A DNA stretch of 64,000 nucleotides from Bugula neritina (lineage: Eukaryota > Animalia > Bryozoa), in the NCBI GenBank assembly GCA_964035545.1, contig OZ037766.1, positions 31,362,773-31,426,772 on the forward strand. Direction: 5' to 3'. Positions 50,301 through 64,000 of the stretch are shown here, in pieces. A program made the position numbers and the translations under genes. Position 1 is the stretch's first letter; each line of letters opens with the position of its first letter. Under the pieces are notes generated by a model. That model saw only the letters and a program-made list of their open reading frames with translations, was not told where the DNA came from and ran no database searches.

Positions 50301-53300
50301 ATGTTGTTTTTGCTTTTCATCTCGCAGCATATTGTTTGTAGTAATGCTTAGTGAGATTTATTCTGTGCTCGTAATTCTTATAGTGTTGGAAGAAGCAGCA
50401 ATATTTGATTATAAGTTTAGTTATAAGACATCTTTTAACCGTGTTTGTTGTATATATGAGTTGAGAATAATTTCTTCTATCACATGTAACAGCCATTCTT
50501 ATTGGCTGTTGACAGTTACAGAGTTATCCTGTAATAGTTGTGGTAACACACTCCTTACATCTTTTCCTTGTTGATATTTATTATACTGCCAGTGTTTTTA
50601 CTCTTCCCTGTTGATCACTTTTGCTAGGAATTGACGATGGTTACTGGAAAGGAGAAGCGGATGGAGTTCAGGGGTTGTTTCCTTCCATAGTGGTGGAGGA
50701 AGTTGACATGCCCCCTCCCTCTACAGCCTCAGATACTCAGCAGGTGAGAGTAGGAAACTTAGGCTCTATCACTGATTCTCTTGCTCTTTTATAGAAATAT
50801 TTAATGTGAGTTGGGGGAGGTGTCAACATGCTCCCCGCTCTCTAGCACACACCTCAGGCTATGCTGACAATATATTTTTTGCCTTGTAGCTCACTAGACT
50901 GTGATCCTATAACTACAACCACCTTCTCATGTTATATACTCACTCAGGTACATATTTCCTACACACCACCCTGTATGCTGACCCCAGGTCAAAGGGGCCG
51001 GCCCTAGTGCAAAGGGGCTGACCTTCAAGATGTGTTCAACTGTTGGAATGTCAAATAGCATAGCCTTTCTTCTTTCCTTTAGACTTGCTGTTAATTCTGT
51101 GGAGCTGAGGCTGCATGATTCCTACTTCTACTTTTATTACTAATAGCTGTATGATGCTAACAACTATCTTGTAAATTACACAACAGCTTTAAGTTTCACA
51201 CTCTGTCACCGATGTTGTATATATGCACCCCTTCTAGTGCTTAGATCTTCTGTTTATGTCTAACAGTACAAGCTGGCCCTCAAGATGTGTTGTGAACTAT
51301 GCATATAACTATATGAACATACATAACTATACAAGTAGCGACATATCACTAGATATTTGGGATTGTCTCCTTTCGCACGTATTCTCTTCTTGTCTGTTGT
51401 ATTTCTTCTCTATTGTTCTCTTTGTTGTCAATGTGAAAGTTTTATCCTTTTTGCTCTTGGCCAGCTGTTGAAATATGCGGATTGTAAGAAATGGAATATG
51501 ACCTTATGATTCAGTTGTCGTAATTAATTCTACTACATTATGGAATGTCTTGAAGATCTGATTTACATGCTTTTAGCCTGGTGATATAAATCTTTCTTTC
51601 TAGTGTCTGTCACAACATGCCTGCAGGAGCAAATAATTCCCAATCAGTATCATAGCTGCTTTTTAAAGATGTTGATCTCAGAGTTGTCTCCTCTCCACTT
51701 GTCAGTTATACTGTATTTGTTAGGAGTTGTTTCACCTCTGCTTTGCTGACCCATCTTACAGCTGCTGCAAAAGGCAGTGCTCTACCAGTTTTCTATTTCA
51801 TATATATATAATTGCTAAAGCATTCTTCCACGGCTGTTTACAGTTTATATAATGATAGTTAGGGAGACCCAGTTAGAAATTGAAATAAGAAATATTGAAA
51901 TAAATGCAACAAATTAGTTGCGGCTGAGAATCATAACTGCACAGCACTACTAATTATCTGCCTGGTGAAACAAACCACTACAATTGTTGTGTGTCAAAGA
52001 TACTGCTGTATCTCGAGTGGAGTCCATTGACCAGTCAAAGGTTGTATAACTGAATGGGAAGATGTTATATGATGGTATAATCATACACTGAGAATGTTGG
52101 TGACACAAAATGTTGTTTATTCTGTGTATTCATTCTAGATGACTCATTGGCTATTAGCTAGATAGTGTTTTTCCTGATTCCTATATGAAGTATTCATGTC
52201 ACTAGAAATAATGGTTCTTGTAGAAAGTATAGCCACTGGTACCTAAATTCCATAGCAGTACATCTGTATAACATGGTATTATGAATACTAGTCACCTGGG
52301 ATATACCAGCTGGTCTCCTTACTATAATATATTATTGCATTATTTATATGAGAAAGTAATCTATAACTGTTATTATCTGCTATATGTTGTGTAACATGAT
52401 CAATGATCCGAAACAATCAGATCTATTTAATGCATGACTAACACTCTATAACCAGGGTCTACTGTTACTAACAAACTGTTACAGTCTGTCTTCACAACCC
52501 CCTCTATACAGTTCTGGCACTCTGGCTATTCTAATTCATGTCCCCAGTAGTTGTGAAAATTGCTTACTACTTCATTTCTTCTGCGGTGCCTCGAGCAGAT
52601 GGCTGTTGACGCATTCAGTTGGGCTGTTTCCACACCATTTTCTAGTGATAAAATGGCCGTTGTAGGTCGAAGGCCGGCTTACTCCTGGAGCCATCACAAG
52701 AAACCACTAAGAAGAGTTACGGTAATAGAATACTTTACTTTCTAGAATGTTCTGGGTTCAGCTCTCCTTGTTGGCCATCGGCTGGGCTGGTATTCTCTCT
52801 CTCTCTGGGTCAAGGACTCTCCTGCATGTCATATATACTAATCTTGTCTTGGTTTTCTCTGTCTAATATTTCATATAATTCGACCTTTGCCTTTTAAAGA
52901 ACTGATGAGCTATTTTGGTCTACTGTATTGGATTTCTTTGCCATATTTATTACACAGCATGCTATATCTCTTGTCTGTTTAATTCATTCCAGAGGTAGTG
53001 TGCCATTGAACTCATTCCAAAATGAATTTCTAAAAACTTGATTGTTTTTTAAAATAGTAATTATAATAATTTACAAGTAAGTTAGTTAGTTACTTTACTT
53101 GCTGCACAAGGAAGAATGGTGAACTAGAGATAAACTTTACTATTTGCAATTGTTAACATATTGTGGTATTGTATTATAACATTTTCTTCCCATTTAAATG
53201 TTCACAATTATCATTGTACTTCATAACAATTGGTATCTCATTCCCCATCAACATGAGCCCTTGAATGATGCATTGGGTAACCTCTATCAGTAATTAGAAT

Positions 53301-56300
53301 CTAGCATTAGTAGTTTAGAAACACAATTCAGACTAAGTTTGAGGTTGCCTACACTACAGTCCCCATCTTTGACTATGTTCTAGTTGAAAGAACCTAAGCC
53401 ATTAAAAATCAGCTAGACCGGTGTCTATGAGCTGCACCCACTGCAGACTATCTTTCTAGTGTTTCGTTGCGTAAGGAAAAAGTTAATTAAACCGTGTTCT
53501 AAGGTTCAAAGGGCTGTAAAACCAGGTGATAAGATTGTTATATTAAGCCATTAAACACTTGCTCGATGTTATCATTATCCACGTAACGTATTAGTCCACT
53601 AGTCGTCACGGAGTAAAGGTTATTGACATGCCTATGTAAGAAATTGACACGCAGATGCTAGTAGTTGTCAGGTGTGTCTAGTCCAGTCTTCCCACTTCTT
53701 TGTGTATTCGCAGCTTATTTGTGCTCGCAGATCGTCTTGGTAAGAAATACAAGCCATAACTAGTACGTAGGTTATTGATTAGAATATTATAGTTCTACCA
53801 CGTGATATTTAACATATTCTTACTAAACTTTGAGGACAAGACATCGACTACACTGCATTTGTAATGCCATGTAGTTTGTTAGCTTCCTGTTGCTATTGTA
53901 TTCTTGGCAGTCTAGGTTACATGCTGTAAGTATAGCATAGGATAAAAATAATTAGTTTTTACAAGTCTAGAGTGACAGTAGGTAGCAGGTTAGAGCAAGT
54001 TGGCATAGTTACACAGTTGAATATTATGTTAAATAGGGTGGTTGAGCACTTGCCAACCACTTGTTACTAATGCACTTCCTATACTCTTGTCTCCATAGTG
54101 CTTTTTAACAAAAATTGATAATTGTAAATTGTATTATATTTATTATATTTTATTATAATACATCATTTTCTGCTATTATATTGTTCTGAAAGCTGAATCA
54201 TTAGTAACATTGCTGTTTCATGACTCACTGTCATAACTATATTTATCATAATAATTATTTGATTGTGTAACTTATGTTGTTTTGCTGTATCATTGAAGAG
54301 TGTCAAATGTTAGCAGTTTGTTGTTTGCCTTGGTTTCTCTGTCGAATAATAAACTTTATAGTTGGAGGTTATGCAAGACCATCCTAACTACCCTGGCTCT
54401 CTGGATTAAATTTATTATTGTCTTTTAGTAATTAGACGCTTGTTTTTCTTGTTTTCATAATTTAGAAATCTGAAATAGTGTATACTAAATTAGTATGAAC
54501 TAGAATAGTGTTGACTGCAGTAGTATAAACAAACCAGTTATAAATAAGTAATAGGATTCTACTGTGCCAGGTGTAGCAGAGTGTTATTTGTGAAATAGTG
54601 CAAAACTTTGAAAGGAACTTTTTGTAGTGTTCATCTATGATGTTGACTACAATAAATAAGTTCCATTTTGTTATCCACGTAGAAAGTTGCCCCCTCTATC
54701 TAGTCTTTCTCAAAACCATCGAAATCAAACTATGCTCAGGAGGATTCAGTGTGATCTTCTCCCAAAGGAAACACTTTTCAGTGTTATCACTGAATGCTTG
54801 TCACACTGTTGACCTCCAACTAATGGACTGTAAACTGTCTACTGCCAGTTGTATTTCCTCTTATCTTCTATCTGATATCTTGGAATCTTACTAATTCAGA
54901 GTTATATGGGTTGAAATGTAATATCCTATATTTGATCCATTTTTGGCACATCACTGGAAGTAGCTTATTAACCAGTTCATTGTTGACTGCATAATGGAAC
55001 AGTTATATTTGTATATTTGGTACCAATTCTACAGAATTTGGTACAGATCCACACTACGCATGGGACAAAATTGTATTTGAAACCAGTTTGACATAGAATT
55101 ATTCAGTTTGTGCCTGACTAGAGGGTGGTTTTATGTGCGCACAGTGGTTCATATGGTAACACATTGGCTTAATGTGGCCTTCAGCATAGCGATGTGTCAG
55201 TTGGGCAAATTTCCAGGCTGATGCATGGGTATGCATACATTTGCAGTGTTTGTGGTTCGAAAAGGGTTAGTGTGACCCACAACTAGACAACTACTTCCTT
55301 AAATACATGATGCAGTTTAGAAATAGCCTGTGGACTATCCAAGTATAAACTCTCTTATATAGTTACTGTCATATGGCAGTGACATAGTAGGCTGGGAGTT
55401 CAGTGTTTGTTACTAGGGCTTTGGCAATGTTATATTTTACGCAATAGCTGGACATTGCAATATTTGAGATGAATGTTTTATATAACTTTGAATTTCCTCT
55501 TTGAAGTATGCAATACTTTACAAAGTTCGTCAATTTCCTGTTAGAAGAAATAGTAGTGTCATACCAGCTATATTATCATTAATGAAGAATTTAATAAAAT
55601 ACTTTGCACATTTCTAGTGAATCACTTAATAGTCTGGCGGACTTGTTACGCCAGCTTATAGCAGAATATAGGAATCTGTGACTTCAGGTGCTATGGTATT
55701 GTATTGGGTTGCTATAATGGAGTGTCACTTCAAAATCACTAGAGCTTTAAGCTAAAATTTACTTGATTACTTGAAATATTTACCATATTGACAATCCTTT
55801 TTGGAAATTTATAAACCAGTCACAATTTGCAGAAGCTGCTAATTTTTGTTTAAGTTTGGTGCTCTAAAATTCTTTTCAGGGTAGATTCTTCTTAAATGAA
55901 ATCGTTTTTACTCTGACTGTTATCAGAAAGAGCTGGTTTCCTGCTAAAGGTTTCCTTTATGAGCCTCATAAGTGTTTCCATGCTTTTTCTTTGTAGTTCA
56001 ACACTTGGGAAGACAATTCCCACCAATACTCTGCAGATAATGTTCAACCAGTTCCACCTCCACCACCACCTGTAGAACCTTTCAATCCTCAGTCTTTAGC
56101 ATCTGATCCAACAGTTTCAGGTAGTTATACCATTACCCAGAATTCTTCAACTTCCTCCCTCAACACAAAATCTGAAGAAACCCACAATACAAGTATAGTG
56201 AGCAGCTCAACTCCTCTGCATAATCCTCATTTCCGCGCTGTTCCTTTACCTCCCATTCCTGATGAGGACGAAGCAGCCAATCAGCAGCTAACTGAAACAG

Positions 56301-57965
56301 ACCAATCAAAAGAAACAATGAGCTTTGCTACTGAGCTCTACCCATCTCAACCCTCTCCCAGAGTCTCGAGACATAGAGAGGCAAGACAGAGCCCCGACAC
56401 TCCCCCAGTTCTCAATAGAAACAACAAACCAATTATTAAATCTTCCCTAGTGAATGGAATCGCCCGACCCACCGTCCAACCTCCTCAGCCGCCCACTGCC
56501 TACTCTCCCAAACCAGGTGTGGACTACTCCAGAAAGCCAGCCCTCCCAGCCCCCGGACGGCAAGTAATCCCACCCCATAGTCCTCCCGAGAAGCCGATAG
56601 GTAGGCGAGCTCAAAGACCAACCACACCTGGTTCTTCTTATGTGGAGTCTCTACCACACGGCAGCAGCGAGCAATCAGCTGCTGTTAGACCTGCACCTGT
56701 ACCAAGAGGCAGCCATCAATCTTCTAAAGAATTAGAATCTCCAGATTTAATGAACAATAACAACATTCGCAATAGATATTATGACGGGCATAGCAATCGT
56801 CCTCATGCATTGCCAGTTGAACCTTCATACGCTACCGTCGGAAATGAGGAAGATGTAGAAAATAGAAGATTTAGGCATATGCAGCCTGTGCCCCATCAGT
56901 ATTACTTGGAAAGATCTGGCCAGCCAACAGCAAGGGAAAGAGGGGCTTCCGTTCGTGGTGCTGACCCTGTTCGAGACAGGTCAGCGTCAGACAGAAGCTT
57001 CACATCTTTCTCTTCTGCTGACAGCGCTGATGACAAACAGACTCCAATAAGGATCCCTGGTAGACGTCATCTGTCCAGTGAGACACCTAGTGACCCGCCC
57101 ACTCCTGTGAAGCCCCTCACACTGCAAGATGCAGCTCGTTTAATGCCTCAGGGGTTGGTGAACCCCAGTTACAGAGTGGCCACAATGTCTGACATGATGC
57201 CATCTTCAGCTAGTCGTCCCTCTGCCGTAGCTCATGGCTCCAAGCCCAGTTCATCTCGTCGGCAGGGCGGCTTGCCAGGCCATGTTAGGCATGGCATAGT
57301 TCAAGGTGTGTTATTAGTCTAACTTATCAACTGCATTATATTATACCTTGTAGTCATAGTACTTTTACTTATGTTTTTAGGTAATTACCAGGCATGGCTT
57401 GAAGGTAAATGCTCCAAATTCCCATTTTATGTCATTTTTGTGCTGTTTGTAAATTGTTCCACACACTAATTAAACCATAATCATTTTGGTGTGTCTGTGT
57501 GGAGTTTGGAGTTGCCTTCCACTACAAACACATGCAGAAGTTTCCCAGTTATATTGTGTTGCTCATCATTACATGCGCATTACTTTGCAGTCGACATTGT
57601 CGCAACAAATGAGTGAACACTACTCTTTAAGCATAATTCACTTGACTTTGTTATGTTGGTGCTAATACAATCTAAGAAACTGCATGTACGTGCAAGCTTG
57701 TGGAGTTCACAATGTTGTACCATTTGAACCTCAGTTTTCTATTAATCTTACTTAAAATATAATAGATGACACACCATTACAAATTGTGATATCTTCTATT
57801 CTGTGATGTTCTATTGTGTGGTATGATTTATGATTTACAATGTGATTTATTCCCCAATGATTTGCTTCTGTAGGCAGGAAAATGCTGACCGAGGCGGCTA
57901 ATGATCTACCTAATACTCAGCATGCAATGAAAAGACAGTCACAAAAAAGCGAGACTGCAGTATGA
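41333..57965 (+). CDS. FCHSD2: F-BAR and double SH3 domains protein (FCHSD2 / nervous wreck), 19 exons, ~1144 aa
   Basis: Exons 41333-41356 (MPSPPPRK), 41611-41708, 41825-41870, 43845-43927 (GC donor), 44383-44527, 44870-45006, 45267-45330, 46295-46423, 47362-47580, 47747-47896, 48099-48219, 48502-48782, 49306-49389, 49499-49706, 50123-50227, 50628-50743, 55997-57305, 57381-57404, 57874-57965. Encodes an F-BAR domain, two SH3 domains (DGWLK...GMVPENY; DGYWKGE...GLFPS) and a Pro-rich tail ending in ETAV. Confidence 0.9.
44591..44792 (+). mobile_element. tRNA-derived SINE copy in FCHSD2 intron 5
   Basis: TCTAGGGGTT...GGTTCAATCCC...CCATTGGTGATGCTAGGAAGGGCATTCAGCCATGATTGCTCCTGTGCC...GCGACTATAA, homologous to the other SINE copies. 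Confidence 0.75.
45345..45820. repeat. 37-bp minisatellite (~13 units), FCHSD2 intron 7
   Basis: Unit TCATATAGTGAGAGTGTGTTATACTCTTTATACTCTA, nearly perfect copies, starting ~15 nt after the donor. Confidence 0.95.
47648..47751 (+). repeat. 26-bp tandem repeat x4 spanning the FCHSD2 exon 10 acceptor
   Basis: Unit TATTACATATACTATACGCAGGTAAA. Confidence 0.9.
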
Positions 57966-59954
57966 TTGCTAGTTGCTGTTTTGTAACTGGGTGGAGGTTA
58001 GTTGTGGAATGTAGATAGCCTTTAAATGCAATCTGCAGACAATTCTGATGTGATCAACTGTAGAATATTTTGTGTCAATCAGTGGTGTGCTCAAACTATT
58101 ATCTTCAGTTCGCTCACCAGCACTGATGTCATTATATACAGCACATCGTTTTAATTAAGAATTTTGTTTCTAAAAGAGAAGACTTGAATAGTTGTGCATA
58201 TTTACTGCTTATGTATTAATTTGTGCATATTATCAACATACAATAATGTTTTAACTCCCCACAGTTACATATATAATTGATTAGGTAGTTGCTATCTTGT
58301 TCCCAGTGTTGAAATGGTTTGATGAAATATTTAATATCTTGCAGGCTAGTGCGAAGTAAAAGCACTCCTTGAAGATGACTATACCAGGATTTCCATTTAA
58401 TATTGGTACTTTTCCGAGTTGAAGCACTGGCTGTGAGCTTTAAGACCCTAACTATAAAAGTTTACAAGCCTCAGCCCTTCTGTTACAGTTCCCAGATTAC
58501 ACTCTAAATTATTTCATACGTAATTGTAAACAGGTGAAACCTGTTTATGTAAACTGGACTTTAGAAGGCTAGTTGCTTTTTCTTCAGCACTGTCACAATT
58601 TATTAACTATAGGTCTAAAGGCATGTTGTGTACTATAACTATAACTATTTATAGATATACACAATAGTTTCTACCGCTAATGCAAGGGTTTTGTTTCACA
58701 TTGTACAGTTTGATGTTTAATTTTTTTTTAAATAGATTATTTAATTCTGGAAGAACTGTAAGTTCCAGCACTGGAATATTAATATTGTTTATCCGCTATC
58801 TGCACCATGCTGTGTACTTATTTAAGAGGCATTTTATGAGGGGGAAGATGATTCCCATTTTCTGCAATTTGCTACTTATCAATATTTAATGATTTTCAAC
58901 TGATATATTTTTTAAATACTTAATTGTATATACAAGTGCTCTAAATAAATGGTCTCATGCATTTATATCTGTGATCATTGCAGCTCTGATTTCCACTAAA
59001 TTTGGTATTTTTCTAATTCAGACATCATAATAGTATTATTATGTGATCAAATGTTATCATTAATTTTTCTCAGTCTGGCAGGACTCAATAAAATATTATT
59101 TATATTAAAAAATTGTTGGCTCTTTAATTTGCGCGTTGGACTTGTTTTATTAAACTAATATGCTTGCTTAATGGTTACTATCATGCTTATTACATATAAT
59201 TCACATTTGTCAGGGTTTACCCTAAGTTAGAATTATAGAAAAAATTGATTTATAGTTAACAACCAGTAAGTCAATGTTATATAATAAACATAATAATAAT
59301 TATTAAAATATTATATGTTCACAGTTATACTCAATATGAATATTAATATACCAATACTCTACTAGCACATTGACATTGTCATGTGATGGTTATGCCTATG
59401 GACATGGTATTGGTAGCCATCTGCATTTTGATTTAGGTAGCTGCCTCAAACGTGTAGACATATTCACTATCATGAAGTGATTTCAAATAGAATCATTTTC
59501 GATACCAACCTTCCTTTAATATTACATTTTGATTTGCCGAATTAGTATGAGTATCACTGTCAGTTTACTTAGACTTAGAGTATTGCTATTAGATTTAGTA
59601 TTACTATTAGTGATGGGCCATGCCCATAGGGCGGTGAGTATCATTGTTAATATCATAGGCCATAGCCCATACTGATAGTGATACTCGCTATCTGATAGTT
59701 AGTGTCACTATGAGTATGAGTATGATACTCTTACTCTTAGTCATACCCATAGTCATCATAAATAAGTCATGGTGATGGTCATAGTCGATATCACATTTAT
59801 AGTTATAGTTAATGTTATACTCATACTCGCAGTGATAGTCATTAATGTTTATAACGATTAATACAATTTGAATTAATATTATTATAAGAATAATCATTGT
59901 GATTGTATACAGTTGTACTTTGTGTTTATAATTTTAATGATATTTTAATTATAC

Positions 59955-60527
59955 AGTCGTAAAATGCTGTATCCGGATATAACAGAAAACCAGTCTAGCC
60001 TGAGCTACAACCAGTGAATTACACTCTTTATTATCACGTGTAATAACGTGATATAAACAAAAAACTAAAATCTAGTGCATAGACATGCTGTCGCCACGTT
60101 TGTATTATGACATTGCAAAGCTACAAAGAGAGAAAAGAAATTTATTTTGACAGACTTTGAATTTTTGTTAATTAATAAATCAGAGTAGTTTAGAAATTAC
60201 ATTGACATTTTATATATTTCTAAAATTCATTCAATTCAGTTGGTAGATCAATTAAAGATGAGCTTTTGTCTATGCGCATCAATAAAGCAAATACAAGCTG
60301 TTAGTGAATGGAACCGCTAAACCGAGAAGATTATTCCATACTTGTAACTTTGTCTCCGGTGGTTTTCAAAGGTTCAAGTAGCTCTACTTTACAGTGAATA
60401 TTCACCGATTTCTCGGATTAATGTATACGCGGTGAGCTGCAGCTATTCATAAGAAGTATCTGTATCTGAAGCCACAAATTTGACTAATAAAAACTGTAGT
60501 TGGTTCAGTTTTTGAAGGAAGGTAATT
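59955..60527 (+). promoter_or_regulatory. Probable promoter and non-coding first exon of a downstream gene
   Basis: CpG-enriched patch with CACGTG and CCGGA, ending at a good donor AAG|GTAATT (60521/60522). I could not identify a coding exon of this gene inside the window. Confidence 0.35.
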
Positions 60528-62859
60528 ATAATTATTACTCGTGGTTATAAAATTCAAATTCAATAGTAATACTAATAGTAATACTCAGTCTTATACTTAC
60601 TCTTGGACTTAATCTTACTCTTAGACTTATCCTTATAGTTATACTTATACTATAGTTATTGACTTATTCTTGTACAATAATACTTAATCATTATCATAGC
60701 TAATCTTATAGTTATAGACATACTGATACTGTGACATAGTATTAGACTTAGTAATACTAATACTGTAATACAGTATTACTATTAGTATTAGTATTACTAA
60801 TACTGTAATAGTAATACTAATAGTAATACTTATACAGTTATACTAATAGTAATAGTAAATGTAATACTAATACTAATAGTTAATGTTATACAGCTTGAGC
60901 TGATAGTTAATGTTAAACTATAACTTTAACTATAAGTATACTCATTACTCATTAGTCATTAGTCATTACACTTAATGTATATAATTATATTTATATACTT
61001 ATAGTTATAGTTATACTTATAGCTATTGCTATAACTATAAGTATAAGCATATAAATATTTATATTATTATTAATATTATCATTTATATACTTATACTTTT
61101 AGTAATAATATTAATAATCATAATGATAATGATATTATAATTATAAGTATATTATTATTTTAATATTTATTATTATAATATAATTTTATAAGTTATGCTA
61201 TTTACTATTGCCATTGGCATTGCTATAAATATAATAGCCTAGTAATAAGTATAACTTATTTACTATGAGTATGTCTTGTCTAACTCTATGGTATTAATAA
61301 TAATATTACTATTAGTTTTAGTATTACTATTACTATTACTATTAGTATTACTATTACAGTAATAATATTAGTATAATTGCACTTTCAGTAAGAGACTAAC
61401 AGTAACTGTAAGACTAAGACTAAGAGTCAGTGTAACCCTAAGACTAGCATTTAACTTTAAGTATTAGATTTAGTATTACTATTAGTATTAGATTTACTTT
61501 TAGTATACTCAATCTCATACTGTCAGTGAATAGTATTCGAATAACCACAAGAAATGAAGACCATAAAAATTAACTGATAAGTGATAACTGTAACAGTTAC
61601 AGTGTAAGACCAAGTTACACATCGATCTTAGCCAATAGACCGAGAAGTAATGAAGTATTACTATTAGACTTAGAGCTAGTATAACTATAAGTATAAGTAG
61701 TACTATTAGTATTAGTATTACTAAAAGCTAAAATTAGCACTAGTCATAGTCATATTGATACTATTAGTATTACTATTAGTAAATTAGTATTATATTTAGT
61801 TTTTTATTGGTATTGCTAGTTTAATAATACTAATTACCATATAAAAATAGATTAGGTTTTCTTTTTAGTATCACTATTACTGTTAGTATAAGTATTAGTA
61901 TTACATTTATTTTCAATTATGTAATTTGTTATGGTGTTATAAAATTATAAGTATTAGTATTACTATTAGTATTAATTTAGAATATCATTATAAATACTAA
62001 TAGTAATTTAAATTAAAATTAACAATAATTGATTTTAAATTTTTTTTAGTTATATAATAATGATAATCATTATGGTTATAGGTTTAGAATAAAAAATAAT
62101 TTATTAAACTACAATGTTAATTGTGTTAGCACAGTTTTATGATAATTGTTTTTAAAATGATGATCACATTGAGAATTGATTATGCAATAAACTAAAGTTA
62201 TCAATTATTGAGATTGTTTTACTGATAATTGAAAATAAGTTAGAATCGCTTATATAGTGGCGTCTAGTTTATATTTTATATAGTGTAGTGTATAAATTTG
62301 AAATGTAAAGTGAAGGGTTTAAACTGTTATTATAGCCCCTCGTGCATCAGCAACATAAAGCAGCTTTTCTTGAGATCAAAATATCGGTTTCTTTTGTTTC
62401 ATTTTATACAAATATAAAAGCTCAGCTGGTCTCCCAGGCAGTAGTACAGAAATTTCTCAACAATCCAAGTTCTTAGCTATGCATTTTTGTTGGGAACATC
62501 TTAAGACTCCAGCTGCTTTTTTCAGTCAATCATTTTGAGGTTTTTTGAATTTCTTTAATTCTGCAGAAGTTTCTGCAGGTTGAATTTTTCATTAGATAAT
62601 TTTTCTTTGATGGCAAGTTTGCGTTTTTAGCCTAATGATGCTATTTATGATTTGTTTTAAGGTTCCTGTTGATAATGTGCTGGTAACTTTTATTAAATTC
62701 TTCTGTTATACTCTACTAAAAACATAGTGTGGTTAAGGCTACCACCCTTCCTAACAGATGTTGTGACTTGGTTGCACGAAGGCTAGAAGACTAGCTGCTA
62801 GCAGAAGCTGCCCAGACTGTTGCTACAAGAAGGTGCCATCTGTAGTTTGTTGTGATCTA

Positions 62860-63390
62860 TCAACTCTAGTATTCACAGTGCAGGTCATGAAAGTAATAGT
62901 GATTACATTGCTCTCTAATCTCTTCCAGCTGTATTATCACCAGTTCTTCTGCCTGGTTACGTGCAGTTTTTAAGAGAATATGAATAATTAACTTGAAGCA
63001 GTTTCTCACTTTGATCTCTGATAATCCAGAGTGCACTGGAGGCGACCATAGATTGATCGGTGTGAGGGAAATTATCAATTAATCATTATTTAAAAATTTG
63101 TGTTTCATGGTGGATATTAAATGATATATTAATAAATATGATATATGGATAAAAATAAGAACTTTAGTAGTGATTTGCTCATTTTAAAGGTTTCAGTCAT
63201 GACTATTTGATGGAGCGCCTCCCAGCTGCACACGTGTATTGAAAATAGAGATATCAGTTTCTTCTTTTCTATAAGTCGAGTTGTGTGCAGCGGAACATGG
63301 TTCTAGTTCAATATTTTGCTCTGTTCCAAGTCCAAGTGACTTTTAGATATGCAATACTTGGCTGCTTCACCCTTCTGAGTACACTATTTT
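62860..63390 (-). mobile_element. Possible highly decayed RTE-like LINE fragment
   Basis: Broken frames give LWSP..., QAEEL... and SWKRL, which are reminiscent of RTE ORF C-termini. Weak evidence. Confidence 0.25.
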
Positions 63391-64000
63391 TCTTAAGTTA
63401 TACGTTATTTCATATTAAATAAATGCGTTTCACAAATAATATTTTAAAAACAAATTAGTGTAATTGTTGCGTTATTCGTGCTAATAATGATAGCCCTAGT
63501 GTTACGTTCACTAGCAGATAGCTTGGTACTAGCAAGAAGCAACTGAAATATTTATGTTTAGCTGTTTGTTTTGTTAGATATTTGAAATGGAACAAATGCT
63601 AAATCACAAGTTAGATACTCAAGCTAACCTAGAATAGCTTAGTCAGTCCCCAGGTTATTTACAATAGTCACTTAGGCCTTGTGTCAGTTTCTAGTTTTCC
63701 TATCCAACTCATTTTACACTAAACTAAAGACTCGATGTTAGAACTCCTAATTGCATTAGTTCATATGTAACATGATTATTTGTCAGATACGTTTAGCTTT
63801 TAACAGCTTTTAACCCTCAGGCTAAACACATCCCTCTGTGTACTCTATAAACGCACAGACTATTAGTCGACTTGCGTGTTTGGACACAAGTTATCAATTC
63901 AAAAGGCTTTTGTTCAAAATGATATTTCTAAATCAATCAATGCCTTTCCTTAGTCGGTAGCTCTTCACTTCATTAGTAGATGCCTTTGTTTGCTCTCTTG

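Overview
AT-rich, intron-rich animal genomic DNA, probably an invertebrate; the taxon cannot be fixed from sequence alone. The ORF track misses most real genes, so I assembled the gene models by hand from splice signals. From left to right: (1) the 3' end of a Gypsy-like LTR retrotransposon; (2) three intact 14-exon paralogues of an amino-acid-permease-like transporter (A and B on -, C on +, with B/C head-to-head); (3) an uncalled secreted CS-alpha/beta defensin-like precursor gene on -; (4) a UCHL3-like deubiquitinase on +; (5) MRPS17 on -; (6) a 19-exon FCHSD2/nervous-wreck gene on +; (7) the probable promoter and non-coding first exon of a further gene. Most notable observations: the hidden defensin with a KPR-repeat propeptide; patchwork identity among the transporter paralogues, consistent with gene conversion; tandem repeats whose unit contains a splice site, including 14-25 stacked donor copies; three GC-AG introns, one of them a GT/GC switch between paralogues; inverted SINEs bracketing five exons; and degenerate 6-bp-periodic tracts beside five inferred promoters.
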